Shown piece by piece: positions 10,934-23,800 of a stretch of 64,000 nucleotides of DNA. The stretch spans positions 1 to 64,000 of the forward strand of contig JAXLNO010005613.1 of assembly GCA_038087875.1 (NCBI GenBank), in the 5' to 3' direction. The number at the start of each line of letters is the position of its first letter. Position 1 is the stretch's first letter. The notes below the pieces were generated by a model that was not told the DNA's origin, searched no databases, and saw nothing but the letters and a program-made list of their open reading frames with translations. Both the position numbers and the translations under genes were made by a program. The DNA is from Malacoraja senta. Its lineage: Eukaryota.

Positions 10934-11374
10934 GTAGACAAAAATGCTGGAGAAACTCAGTGGGTGAGGCAGCATCTATGGAGCGAAGGAATAGGTGACG
11001 TTTCGGGTCGAGACCCTTCCTCAGACTGATGTGTGGGTGGGGGTAAGAAGAAAGGAAGAGAGGGAGACAGTGGGCTATGGGAGAGCTGGGAAAAGGAGGG
11101 GAAAGAGGGAGAAAGCAAGGACTACCTGAAATAGCGGTATGAACATTGATTTCTCCAATTTCAGGTATTCCTTGCTTTCTCCCTCTTTCCACTCCCCTTC
11201 CCAGCTCTCCCACAGCCCACTGTCTCCGCCTCTTCCTTTCTTCTTATTCCCGCCCTGCCCACACACCCCCACCCCAAATCAGTCTGAAGAAGGGTCTCAA
11301 CCCAAAAGGTCACCTATTCCTTCGCTCCATAGATGCTGCCTCACCCGCTGAGTTTCTCCAGCATTTTTGTCTAC
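10934..11374. repeat. Penelope-derived inverted repeat (arms about 205 bp, 25-nt spacer); paralogues 20369-20808, 27468-27907, 41154-41594, 48533-48931 (truncated)
   Basis: The left arm gtagacaaaaatgctgg...gcaaggactacctgaaat is the reverse complement of the right arm atttcaggtattccttgc...ccagcatttttgtctac. The centre encodes the PLE ORF end SGMNIDFSNFR*. Confidence 0.9.
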
Positions 11375-12332
11375 CTTCGATTTTTCCAGCATCTGCAGTC
11401 TATCTGGTTTACTCCGAAGATAGACACAAAATGCTGGAGTAACTCGGCGGGACAGGCAGCGTCTCTGGATAGAAAGAAAGGGTGATGTTTTGGGTCGAGA
11501 CCCTTCTCAAGAGAGAGTTAGATTTAGCTCTTAGGGCTAAGGGAATCAAGGGATATGGGGAAAAAGCAGGAACGGGGTATTGATTTTAGATGATCAGCCA
11601 TGATCATTTTCAATGGCTGTGCTGGCTCGAAGGGCTGAATGGCCTACTCCTGCACCTATTTTATATGTTTCAGACTGAGAGTGGGGGTGGGAGGATGTTG
11701 TTCAAATTTTAAAACAACTACTGGGTATAATTTGTGCTGATTCAGATTATAGCTGTGGCAATTTGGTAAGGCAACTGTGCCAACTTTAACATCTTGTAAA
11801 CAAAGATCACAGGTTCCAATCCCGTCAGTGCCCATATTTACTTCCCTTTAATAGGGTGGCACAGTGGTGCAGCAGGTAGAGCTGCTGCCTCATATACTCG
11901 GGTATGATCCTGACCTCAGGTGCTGTCTGTGAAGTTTGCAGGTTCTCCCTGTAACGACGTGTGTGTATTGTGTGAAATACAGCAAACGTGTGTGTATTTT
12001 CCTTTTATTATTTGTTCTTTTTGTACATATTGTTCTTTCACACAGTCAGTATGCTCGACAATCACTTTTGGAGTTAAGAAAGTCAGCCAACGGGTGACTT
12101 TAACTCAACGGGTGTACGTTAACTCAAGCTAACTAGGTTATTCCCCTTTCTTATCTATTCCCTGCACACCAGTGCAATTTACAAAAACTATGGTCAGCGT
12201 GCACTTGGAGGGCAGAAGGGCCTGTTTCCCTACAATGGTGAATTAGAGGAGGGCACCATCAAATGGGGAATTAGGGGAGGGCACCAATTATGTTTGTTTG
12301 CTCTGGGCAATGTGAGCTGAAGATGTTGGTTT

Positions 12333-14035
12333 AGTCAAGTCAAGTCAAGTCACATTTATTTATATAGCACATTTAAAAAACAACTCTCGTTGGCCAAAGT
12401 GCTTTACATTTGTTATAAGAATAGCATAAACAAAACAAACTACATACATATATACATGTAGCCCTCACTCAGAGGACATCGGGATACGTTTTTAGTCTTG
12501 ACTTAAAAGAGTCGATGGAGGGGGCAGTTCTGATGGGAAAGGGGATGCTGTTCCACAGTCTAGGGGCTGCAACCGCAAAGGCACGGTCACCCCTGAGCTT
12601 ATGCCTAGACCGTGGGATATTCAGCAACCCCAAGTCGGCCGATCTGAGGGGCCTGGAGGTGGAGTGGTGGGTGAGAAGACTTTTTATGTAGGTGGGGGCA
12701 AGCCCATTGAGGGCTTTGTAGACATGGAGGAGGATCTTGAAGTTTGTACGGAACCGCACAGGGAGCCAGTGGAGAGAGGCCAGGATCGGGGTGATGTGGT
12801 CCCTTTTTCGGGTGCCCGTCAGGAGTCTCGCTGCGGCGTTTTGGACCAGTTGCAGGCGGGACAGGGAAGATTGGCTGATGCCAGTGTAAAGGGAGTTGCA
12901 GTAATCTAGGTGGGAGGAGATGAATGTGTGGATGATCTTTTCAAGGTCATCAAACTGGAGGAATTGCTTTATTTTAGCTATCGTCCGAAGCTGAAAGAAG
13001 CTAGCTTTTACCACGGCATTGACTTGTTTGTCAAATTTCAGTGCTGAGTCAAATATCACGCCAAGGTTTTTGACGTGAGGTTTGAGTAGTGGGGTAAGGC
13101 TTCCAAGGCTGCCTGCTATCATTTTGATTGAATCCGAGGGGCTGAGAAGGATGACCTCAGACTTACTCTCGTTTAGTTGGAGGAAGTTCTGGGCCATCCA
13201 ACACTTTATATCCTCGAGGCAGCGGGTAAGGTTAAGCAGATTTGATTGGTTTTTGGGCTTCAGGGGGAGATAGAAACATAGAAACATAGAAACATAGAAA
13301 TTAGGTGCAGGAGTAGGCCATTCGGCCCTTCGAGCCTGCACCGCCATTCAATATGATCATGGCTGATCATCCAACTCAGTATCCCGTACCTGCCTTCTCT
13401 CCATACCCTCTGATCCCTTTAGCCACAAGGGCCACATCTAGCTCCCTCTTAAATATAGCCAATGAACTGGCCTCGACTACCCTCTGTGGCAGAGAGTTCC
13501 AGAGATTCACCACTCTCTGTGTGAAAAAAGTTCTTCTCATCTCGGTTTTAAAGGATTTCCCCCTTATCCTTAAGCTGTGACCCCTTGTCCTGGACTTCCC
13601 CAACATCGGGAGCAATCTTCCTGCATCTAGCCTGTCCAACCCCTTAAGAATTTTGTAAGGTTCTATAAGATCCCCTCTCAATCTCCTAAATTCTAGAGAG
13701 TATAAACGAAGTCTATCCAGTCTTTCTTCATAAGACAGTCCTGACATCCCAGGAATCAGTCTGGTGAACCTTCTCTGCACTCCCTCTATGGCAATAATGT
13801 CCTTCCTCAGATTTGGCGTATGTGTATAGAGTTGTGTATCGTCTGCGTAGCAATGGAAGGAAATGCCGTGCCTTTCAATGACTTGGCCTAAGGGGAGCAT
13901 ATACAGGGAGAAGAGAATGGGGCCAAGGATGGAACCTTGTGGAACCCCACAGCAGAGATTAGCTGGGGAGGAGAAAGTGTTGCCTATGTTAGTCGAGAAA
14001 CTCCTACCTTTGAGGTAGGAGATGAACCAGCTCAG
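12333..14035 (-). mobile_element. 5'-truncated L2-clade LINE, U2 copy (interrupted by CR1)
   Basis: RT C-half [41 protein letters not shown] and a (TTGAC)n tail. Absent at the U1 empty site. Confidence 0.9.
13275..13816 (-). mobile_element. Young 5'-truncated CR1 LINE inserted in the U2 L2
   Basis: (TTCTATGT)n tail; frame [23 protein letters not shown]...GEKAGTGY*; ataga repeated at 13270-13274 and 13826-13830, with 9 extra nt at the 5' junction. Confidence 0.93.
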
Positions 14036-15163
14036 GGCACCGAAGATTGACACAAAATGCTGGAGTAACCCAGCAGGACAGGTAGCATCTCTGGAATGGG
14101 TGATATTTCAGATCGAGACCCTCTCCCGACTGTCTGAGGAAGGGTCTCGACCAGAAACATCCCCCATTCCTTCTCTCCAGAGATACTTCCTGTCCCTCTG
14201 CGATACTCCAGATTTTTGTGTCTAACTTTGTTTGATCCGTCTTTAATAAATTTACATTACTTTGTGAAAGGCCACTTTCGCAATGTTTCCACTAGTGGAA
14301 GATAGTGAAAGGACGTTCCTTTAGGAAGGAGATGAGGAGGAATTTATTTTGTCAGAGGGTGGTGAATCTGTGGGACTCATTGCCACAGACGGCCATGGAG
14401 GCCAAGTCAACGGCATTTTTAAGGCAGAGATAAATAAATTCTTGATTAGAACGGATGTCAGGGGTTATGAGGAGTAGGCAGGAGAATGGTGTTGAAAAGG
14501 AAAGATAGACCAGCCGTGATTGAATGACGGAGTAGACTTGATGGGCCGAATGGCCTAATTCAGCTCCCATCTCTTACGACCTTTCCATGGAATCTGAATC
14601 TGCATGGACTTTGCAGTTGGTGTTGCTTGTTAAGAAATGGTTGCTCAGCTTTGAAGAGTAAGGTCGGCTTGGTGGAGCGAGTGTGAAGGAGACAGTAGAC
14701 AGCTGATGGGTGAATGGCCTTTATTCCTCAGTGGAACCGGTTACAACTGCCCCTCCCCCGCACTGACCTCTCACCTCGGCAGCGACCCTCAACCCCGAAA
14801 CCACCCCCAAACTCATTGCAACACCTGCTGACCCCTGACCTTTCACATTCAGACTGACACCTGAGCAGTCGGGGAAGCCCAGCCTTTTAACCTTGACCCC
14901 CACCACTTCACCTCTGACCCTGGCCTAGTTCAGGATACCAGGGTGGTCGTGATCTCGGGGAAGCCATTCACTCTGACCACCCGCCCTCTAACACCCCTCA
15001 GCTGACCCCTGACCCTGAGGTCAGCGCAGGACGGGCCTGAGGTCGGGGAAGTGCTGGTGTGACCTTTTGACCACTGACTCCCACCCTCTGACCTCGGACC
15101 TCACACTGTGACCCCTGAGCCCTGCCCCAGCCTAGAGTTCACTGCAGCAGGTGGCGCAGTGAA

Positions 15164-16638
15164 TGATCTTAGACCGGTGGCTCTCACCTCCCTGGTCATG
15201 AAGGCCATGGAGAGGATCATCAAGGAGCACATCACCAAGGCAACTGGCTCGATGATGGATCCATTGCAGTTTGCTTACCAGGCTGGCAGGGGTGTCGATG
15301 ACGCAAAAATATTCATCTTAAACACCATTCATAAGCATCTGGAAATTCCCAAGACCACAGCCAGACTTCTGTTTGCAGACTTCTCATCAGCATTCAACAC
15401 CATGCAGCCACATATTTTGGCTGAGAAGCTCATCACCCGCTTCCACCTCAACCACCAACTTATTCTGTGGATTATAGACTTCCTCACCAACAGATCACAG
15501 AGGGTGTTGGTGAACCATACCTTGTCCGACACCCTCTTCACCTTTACTGGCTCTCCACAAGGCTGTGTCCTCTCCCCACTTCTCTTCATTCTCTACACTG
15601 ATGACTGCAGATCCACCCAGCCAAACTGCCACTTTGTAAAATTTGCTGATGACACAGTCCTCCTGTCTCTGCTTCCCAGCCATACACAACATCACAGCTC
15701 AGCCCTGCAGGACTTTATAGTATGGTGTGAAAAGTCTTGTCTTGAGCTAAATATAAGCAAAACCAAGGACATGATTGTGACCTTTTCCCCCCAACAGAGA
15801 CAGATGGCTGAGGCAGCCACCACTATCATCCAGCAGGAGCCAGTGGAGATAGTGGAGGTATACAAATACCTGGGAACAGCCTTTGACAACCTGCTAAGGT
15901 TTTCCTCTAACACAGAGGAAATCCTTAAAAAGTGCCATCAGAGACAGTACCTACTCAGGAAGCTGAAGTCATTTGGGATTAACAAAGACATTCTCACCAC
16001 ATTCTACTACGCATTCATTGAAAATGTAATAACTTTCTCTTTCACTAGCTGGTTCCACTCCATCACCCTGCAAAACAGAAACCGCCTGTTGAATGTGGTC
16101 AAGGTCTGCTCAAAAATCATTGAGCAGCCCGTCCGAACTCTCGCTGCTCTATGCGACCAACAGTCTGGGAGGTTGACACGCAGGATTCTTCAGGACCCCT
16201 CTCACATCCTGTTTCCTGAGTTTGAGTGGCTCCCCTCAGGACGCAGACTTCGCTGTCCGGGTTGCCGGACACAGAGGAGGAAGGCAACCTTCATCCCCAG
16301 GGCTGTCCTGCTTTTTAATGCTGATCACGGACTCGAACATGTGAAGTGAAATGGCCTTCTATAGGCACTTTCTGGTTGAAGCAGTAAGGAAGCACTTTAG
16401 AGGATGTTACTATGTGTTGAAGATTATTACTATGTGTTGAATGTAGATGTGCTGTGTGTGTTGTGTGATTGTGCAGTGTGTCTGTGAGATGCGTGTGTTG
16501 GTTGATTGTGCAGTATGCGTGCTGCTTATGTTTGTTGATTGTGTCTCTTTTTTTTAGAAGCTACTGTAATGCGCCCTTTTAAATTGCCCCTCGGGGACGA
16601 ATAAAGTGCTTTGTATTGTATTGTATTGTATTGTATTG
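15164..16638 (+). mobile_element. 5'-truncated Rex1/Babar-clade LINE, private to U2, open RT frame to the stop at 16349
   Basis: Motifs NDLRPVALTSLVMK, DPLQFAY, DFSSAFNT, GSPQGCVLSPLLF and KFADD; (TTGTA)5 tail. Empty site gcagtgaactctgttatttag in U3-U5. Confidence 0.92.
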
Positions 16639-17694
16639 TTATTTAGTTTGCCTGTCCCTACAGATCACCATCTGTGCTGCACCTTGCCACACACAATGTC
16701 TGACTTTCCTGTGTATATTACAGGAGCAGCAATGACCAGCCGACACACACGCCACATTCACTCAAGAGATCGCCATGCAGCTGCTGACGTTGGCAAATGG
16801 AGTCTCCCTGTCTTTCACTCACTCACTCGGCAATCCGAGGCTACTGCACTGCAAACGCTCATTTCAGGAGATAAACTTGGAAATGCACTGGGGATGCTGG
16901 GGAAGAAACCGGTTGGAACTGAGGGGGGTGGGGGGGGAGGGAATGACAGGATAGGACATGACAGTGGGAAAATGTCAGGGTATGAGACACTGGAGTGGGT
17001 GGCATTCAGGAGTGGGAGAGGAAGGCAGAATTAATGTTTGGGAAAGGGGAGCAGCGGATGGGTATGTGATGAGTGAAGGAGAGGGGAGTGTGGGAGGGGG
17101 AGGGATGCACTGATATTGTGGAGCAAGAAGGGGACATGGGGAGGGGAGAAGGAACAGGAAGCAATGTGGTGGAGGGGGGGGCGATGCTTGGGGACTTGCT
17201 CAATCAGATTTTGTAAAGCAGATGTTGTTTAACTCATTGTCTGCAGCTTGTTTTTAATTTTTCTGCTGAACTGCATGTTTTCATTTGAAATTAGATACAT
17301 AAATAAAAGAAAATAACAAGAACATGAAATGTTTGGAGTTGATCATCACTTTACTCATCACTTTAGGGACTTCAGCTGAGGATGTTGCCAGGACTCGAGG
17401 GTGTGAGCTACAGGGAGAGGTTGAGTAGTTTGGGTCTCTATTCTATGGAGCATAGGAGGATGAGGGGTGATCTTATAGAGGTGTACAAAATCATAAGAGG
17501 AATAGATCGGGTAGATGCACAGAGTCTTTTACCCAGAGTAGGGGAGTCGAGGACCAGTGGACATAGGTTCAAGGTGAAGGGGAAAAGATTTAAAAGAAAT
17601 CCGAGGGGTACATTTTTCACACAGAGGGTGGTGGGTGTATTGAACAAGCTGCCAGAGGAGGTAGTCCATCGTTTAAGAAACAGTTGGACAGGTA

Positions 17695-18662
17695 ATAATA
17701 ATAATAAGAATACATTTTATTTATGGGCGCCTTTCAAATCTCAAGGACACCTTACAGATTTTACAGTAGAAACGTGTAAGCAGAAAAAAATAAATAGTAA
17801 AGACATCACAAGTACACAAATAAAAACAGAATTCAATCCGAACACAAAAATCAAAAACACAGTATGGAAGAGAGAGCAGCGGTTGCTAATACGCGCCAGC
17901 GTCCACTCCCCCTTCCGGCAGCCATCTTGGACATTAAGTAAAACAATCAATTAACATTTACACACAAACAAAAATCATCCCCCACAATGATTACCACTGT
18001 GGGGGAAGGCACAATGTCCAGTCCCCAACCCCAGTTCTCCCAAAGACGGCATATTGAGGCCTCCACAGTTGCCTCCACGGAGGCCCGATGTTCCTGGCCG
18101 TTCTCGCCGGGTGCAGTTGCCCTGGTGTCGGGAGAGTCCTCGCAGCGGCTGGAACAGCTAATCTCCTATTGGAGTCCGTGGCACCTGAAGCCAACAAGGC
18201 CGCGCCGATTTGGAGCTCAGAGGCTCCCGATGTTGGATTCGGCGCCGCCGCCCACGGCTGATCGCTCCGCAAGTCCCGCAGCCCGGAGGTGTTGAGCTCG
18301 GCGGTCGCAGCTCACCGGAACTCCAGCGCATCGATCCAGCGCGGCGACCCAGGCAAGGTATCGCCCGCTCCGCTCCGCGATAGCGCTCCAGCACTGTGCC
18401 GTCACCAAAGCTGAAGGTGCGAGGCGGTCCCTGCCAGGAAACGCCGCTCCAGGATCGCTGGTAGGCCGCAAGGACGGGTCGACGGGGCAGCCCAGAGAAA
18501 AAGCCGCCTCACCGACCAGGTAGGGACCTAAAAATAGTTTTCCCCATTGCCCCCCCACAAGAAAAGTCAAATTCCCCAGGAAAGACAGACATAGTTAACT
18601 AAAAACTAAAGCAAAAAGTGAAATTAACGGACGGCTGCTGGTTAGCAGCCGTTCCCCAAGAT
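17695..18662 (-). mobile_element. GC-rich LINE 3' UTR / 3' end, probably L2 clade (in every unit; truncated in U1 at 1746-2385)
   Basis: The minus-strand end gaaaggcgcccataaataaaatgtattcttattattatt resembles fish L2 3' ends. No coding signature. Confidence 0.55.
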
Positions 18663-20826
18663 GACAGGTTTGGAGGGATATGGACCAAGTGCAGGCAAGT
18701 GGGACTAGGGTAGCTGGGACATTGATGGCCGGTGTGGGCGTGTTGGGCTGAAGGGCCTGTTTCCACACTGTATTAATCCATGACTCTATGAGTGCACCAA
18801 ATACACCAGATATTGGGCTAAAATACATCAGGAGAGGAGTACATGGACAGGTTCAGATTAGGATACAACAGATACTGAAGAGTCAACACCAGCACCTGAT
18901 CCAAATGCCGTAAGTCCGAGGGCCAGACATTGCAGGAAATCCCACGGGGCCGGGTATTGGAGGAACACACCTCGGGGAATAGACATTGGGGACATGACCA
19001 GACAATGGTAGGCCTCCGGGGAGTGTTGTAGAGCAGAGGGATCTAGGAGTACAGATGCATGGTTCCTTGAAGGTGGAGTCACAGGTAGATAGGGTGGTCA
19101 AAAAGACTTTTGACACATTGGGTTTCATCAGTCTGAGTATTGAGTATAGAAGTTGAGAGGTCATGTGCGAATTCTCTGCCTCAGAGGGCGGTGGAGGCAG
19201 GTTCTCTGGATACTTTCAAGAGAGAGCTAGATAGGGCTCTTAAAGATAGCAGAGTCAGGGGATATGGGGAGGAGGCTGGAACGGGCTCCTGATTGTGGAT
19301 GATCAGCCATGATCACATTGAATGGCGGTGCTGACTCGAAGGGCCGACTGGCCTCCTCCTGCACCTATTGTCTATTGTCTATTATATAAGTCATTGATGG
19401 AACCACATTTAGAGTATTGTGTTCAGTTCTGGGCAGCATGTTATTGGGAAGATGTCAACAAGCTGGAAAGGGTACGGAGAAGATTCATGAGGATGTTGCC
19501 AGGATTTCAGGGTCGGCTATAGGGAAAGGTTGAGTATGCTGGGACTCTAATCCTTGGAGCGCAGGAAGATGAGGGGTGACCTTATAGAGGTGTACAAAAT
19601 CATGAGAGGAATAGATCGGGTAGATACACAAAGTCTTTTGCCCAGAGTAGGGGAATCGAGGACCAGAGGACATAGGTTCAAGGTGAAGGGGAAAAGATTG
19701 AATTGGAATCTGAGGGGTAACTTTTCCACACAGAGGGTGGTGGGTGTATGGAATGAGCTGCGCGAGGAGGTAGATGTGGCTGGGACTATCCCAATATTTA
19801 AGAAACAGTTGGACAGGTACATTGATAGGACAGGGTTGGAAGGATGTGGGCCAAACACAGGCATGTGGGACTAGTGTAGCTGGGACATGGAAACAATTCA
19901 TGAAATCAATATTCATACTGCTGGGTTGTAAGCTGTCCAAGTGAAATATGAGACGCTGTTCCTCCAATTTGTGTTTCATCTCACTCTGACAGTGGAGGGG
20001 GCCCAGGACAGAAAGGTCAATGTGGGAATGTGATGAGGAATTAAAGTGTTTGGCAACCGGGAGTTCTGGTTGGTCCAGGCAGACTGAGCGAAGGTTTTCA
20101 GCGAAACTATCGCCCAGTCTACGTTTGGTCTCGCAGATGTGTAAGAGTCCACACCTTGAGGTTGATGAGGTTGGAGGAGGTGCAAGTGAAGTGAACTAAC
20201 ATTTATTTCCCGTCCACAACCGCTTTTGAACTGGATGTTTCCCTGGGCCATTTCGGAGCTGATAAGGGTCGGACACATGACTGGGGGCCTGGAGTCACAT
20301 AACGAGACCTGGTAAAGTCACCAGATGCTCTTCCCTGAAGCTTACAGTCATGGGTTTAGACACCAATGGCAGACAAAAATGCTGGAGAAACTCAGTGGGT
20401 GAGGCAGCATCTATGGAGCGAAGGAATAGGTGACGTTTCAGGTCGAGACCCTTCCTCAGACTGATGTGTGGGTGGGGGTAAGAAGAAAGGAAGAGACGGA
20501 GACAGTGGGCTGTGGGAGAGCTGGGAAAAGGAGGGGAAAGAGGGAGAAAGCAAGGACTACCTGAAATAGCGGTATAAACATTGATTTCTCCAATTTCAGG
20601 TATTCCTTGCTTTCTCCCTCTTTCCACTCCCCTTCCCAGCTCTCCCACAGCCCACTGTCTCCGCCTCTTCCTTTCTTCTTCTTCCCGCCCCGGCCACACC
20701 CCCCACCCCAAATCAGTCTGAAGAAGGGTCTCAACCCAAAAGGTCACCTATTCCTTCGCTCCATAGATGCTGCCTCACCCGCTGAGTTTCTCCAGCATTT
20801 TTGTCTACCTTAGATTTTTCCAGCAT

Positions 20827-23800
20827 CTGCAGTCTATCTGGTTTACTCCGAAGATAGACACAAAATGCTGGAGTAACTCGGCGGGACAGGCAGCGTCTCT
20901 GGATAGAAAGAAAGGGTGATGTTTTGGGTCGAGACCCTTCTCAAGAGAGAGTTAGATTTAGCTCTTAGGGCTAAGGGAATCAAGGGATATGGGGAAAAAG
21001 CAGGAACGAGGTATTGATTTTAGATGATCAGCCATGATCACATTCAATGGCTGTGCTGGCTCGAAGGGCCGAATGGCCTACTCCTGCACCTATTTTATAT
21101 GTTTCAGACTGAGAGTGGGGGTGGGAGGATGTTTTTCAAATTTTAAAACAACTACTGGGTATAATTTGTGCTGATTCAGATTATAACTGTGGCAATTTGG
21201 TAAGCAACTATGCCAACTTTAACATCTTGTAAACAAAGATCACAGGTTCAAATCCCGTCAGTGCCCATATTTACTTCCCTTTAATAGGATGGCACAGTGG
21301 TGCAGCAGGTAGAGCTGCTGCCTCATATACTCGGGTATGATCCTGACCTCAGGTGCTGTCTGTGAAGTTTGCAGGTTCTCCCTGTAACGACGTGTGTGTA
21401 TTGTGTGAAATACAGCAAACTTGTGTGTATTTTCCTTTTATTATTTGTTCTTTTTGTACATATTGTTCTTTCACACATTCAGTATGCTCGACAATCACTT
21501 TTGGAGTTAACAAAGTCAGCCAACGGGAGACTTTAACTCAACGGGTGTACGTTAACTCAAGCTAACTAGGTTATTCCCCTTTCTTATCTATTCCCTGCAC
21601 ACCAGTGCAATTTACAAAAACTATGGTCAGCGTGCACGTGGAGGGCAGAAGGGCCTGTTTCCCTACAATGGTGAATTAGGGGAGGGCACCAATTATGTTT
21701 GTTTGCTCTGGGCAATGTGAGCTGAAGATGTTGGTTTAGTCAAGTCAAGTCAAGTCACATTTATTTATATAGCACATTTAAAAAACAACTCTCGTTGGCC
21801 AAAGTGCTTTACATTTGTTATAAGAATAGCATAAACAAAACAAACTACATACATATATACATGTAGCCCTCACTCAGAGGACATCAGGATACGTTTTTAG
21901 TCTTGACTTAAAAGAGTCGATGGAGGGGGCAGTTCTGATGGGAAAGGGGATGCTGTTCCACAGTCTAGGGGCTGCAACCGCAAAGGCGCGGTCACCCCTG
22001 AGCTTATGCCTAGACCGTGGGATATTCAGCAACCCCAAGTCGGCCGATCTGAGGGGCCTGGAGGTGGAGTGGTGGGTGAGAAGACTTTTTATGTAGGTGG
22101 GGGCAAGCCCATTGAGGGCTTTGTAGACATGGAAGAGGATCTTGAAGTTTGTACGGAACCGCACAGGGAGCCAGTGGAGAGAGGCCAGGATCGGGGTGAT
22201 GTGGTCCCTTTTTCGGGTGCCCGTCAGGAGTCTCGCTGCGGCGTTTTGGACCAGTTGCAGGCGGGACAGGGAAGATTGGCTGATGCCAGTGTAAAGGGAG
22301 TTGCAGTAATCTAGGTGGGAGGAGATGAATGTGTGGATGATCTTTTCAAGGTCATCAAACTGGAGGAATTGCTTTATTTTAGCTATCGTCCGAAGCTGAA
22401 AGAAGCTAGCTTTTACCACGGCATTGACTTGTTTGTCAAATTTCAGTGCTGAGTCAAATATCACGCCAAGGATTTTGACGTGAGGTTTGAGTAGTGGGGT
22501 AAGGCTTCCAAGGCTGCCTGCTATCATTTTGATTGAATCCGAGGGGCTGAGAAGGATGACCTCAGACTTACTCTCGTTTAGTTGGAGGAAGTTCTGGGCC
22601 ATCCAATACTTTATATCCTCGAGGCAGCGGGTAAGGTTAAGCAGATTTGATTGGTTTTTGGGCTTCAGGGGGAGATAAAGTTGTGTATCGTCTGCGTAGC
22701 AATGGAAGGAAATGCCATGCCTTTCAATGACTTGGCCTAAGGGGAGCATATACAGGGAGAAGAGAATGGGGCCAAGGATGGAACCTTGTGGAACCCCACA
22801 GCAGAGATTAGCTGGGGAGGAGAAAGTGTTGCCTATGTTAGTCGAGAAACTCCTACCTTTGAGGTAGGAGATGAACCAGCTCAGGGCACCGAAGATTGAC
22901 ACAAAATGCTGGAGTAACCCAGCAGGACAGGTAGCATCTCTGGAATGGGTGATATTTCAGGTCAAGACCCTCTCCCGACTGTCTGAGGAAGGGTCTCGAC
23001 CTGAAACATCCCCCATTCCTTCTCTCCAGAGATACTTCCTGTCCCTCTGAGATACTCCAGATTTTTGTGTCTAACTTTGTTTGATCCGTCTTTAATAAAT
23101 TTACATTACTTTGTGAAAGGCCACTTTCGCAATGTTTCCACTAGTGGAAGATAGTGAAAGGACGTTCCTTTAGGAAGGAGATGAGGAGGAATTTATTTTG
23201 TCAGAGGGTGGTGAATCTGTGGGACTCATTGCCACAGACGGCCATGGAGGCCAAGTCAACGGCATTTTTAAGGCAGAGATAAATAAATTCTTGATTAGAA
23301 CGGATGTCAGGGGTTATGAGGAGTAGGCAGGAGAATGGTGTTGAAAAGGAAAGATAGACCAGCCGTGATTGAATGACGGAGTAGACTTGATGGGCCGAAT
23401 GGCATAATTCAGCTCCCATCTCTTACGACCTTTCCATGGAATCTGAATCTGCATGGACTTTGCAGTTGGTGTTGCTTGTTAAGAAATGGTTGTTCAGCTT
23501 TGAAGAGTAACGTCGGCTTGGTGGAGCGAGTGTGAAGGAGACAGTAGACAGCTGATGGGTGAATGGCCTTTATTCCTCAGTGGAACCGGTTACAACTGCC
23601 CCTCCCCCGCACTGACCTCTCACCTCGGCAGCGACCCTCAACCCCGAAACCACCCCCAAACTCACTGCAACACCTGCTGACCCCTGACCTTTCACATTCA
23701 GACTGACACCTGAGCAGTCGGGGAAGCCCAGCCTTTTAACCTTGACCCCCACCACTTCACCTCTGACCCTGGCCTAGTTCAGGATACCAGGGTGGTCGTG

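Larger units (their letters stand above)
239..11392. repeat. Array unit U1 (most divergent; lacks the L2 insertion, has a large internal deletion, carries RTE and L1 insertions)
   Basis: Empty L2 site ggtttacactgaagatacac near 1386-1405. Jumps from ttagaacggatgt (1741) directly to cactgtggg. Confidence 0.9.
11393..20826. repeat. Array unit U2 (private CR1 and Rex1 insertions)
   Basis: Landmark-to-landmark comparison with U3 and U5. Confidence 0.92.

Noticed and set aside
13376-14053. 225-aa ORF as a novel chimeric RT gene
   Set aside because: An accidental in-frame fusion of the L2 5' stub with the inserted CR1 3' end; no promoter or true start.
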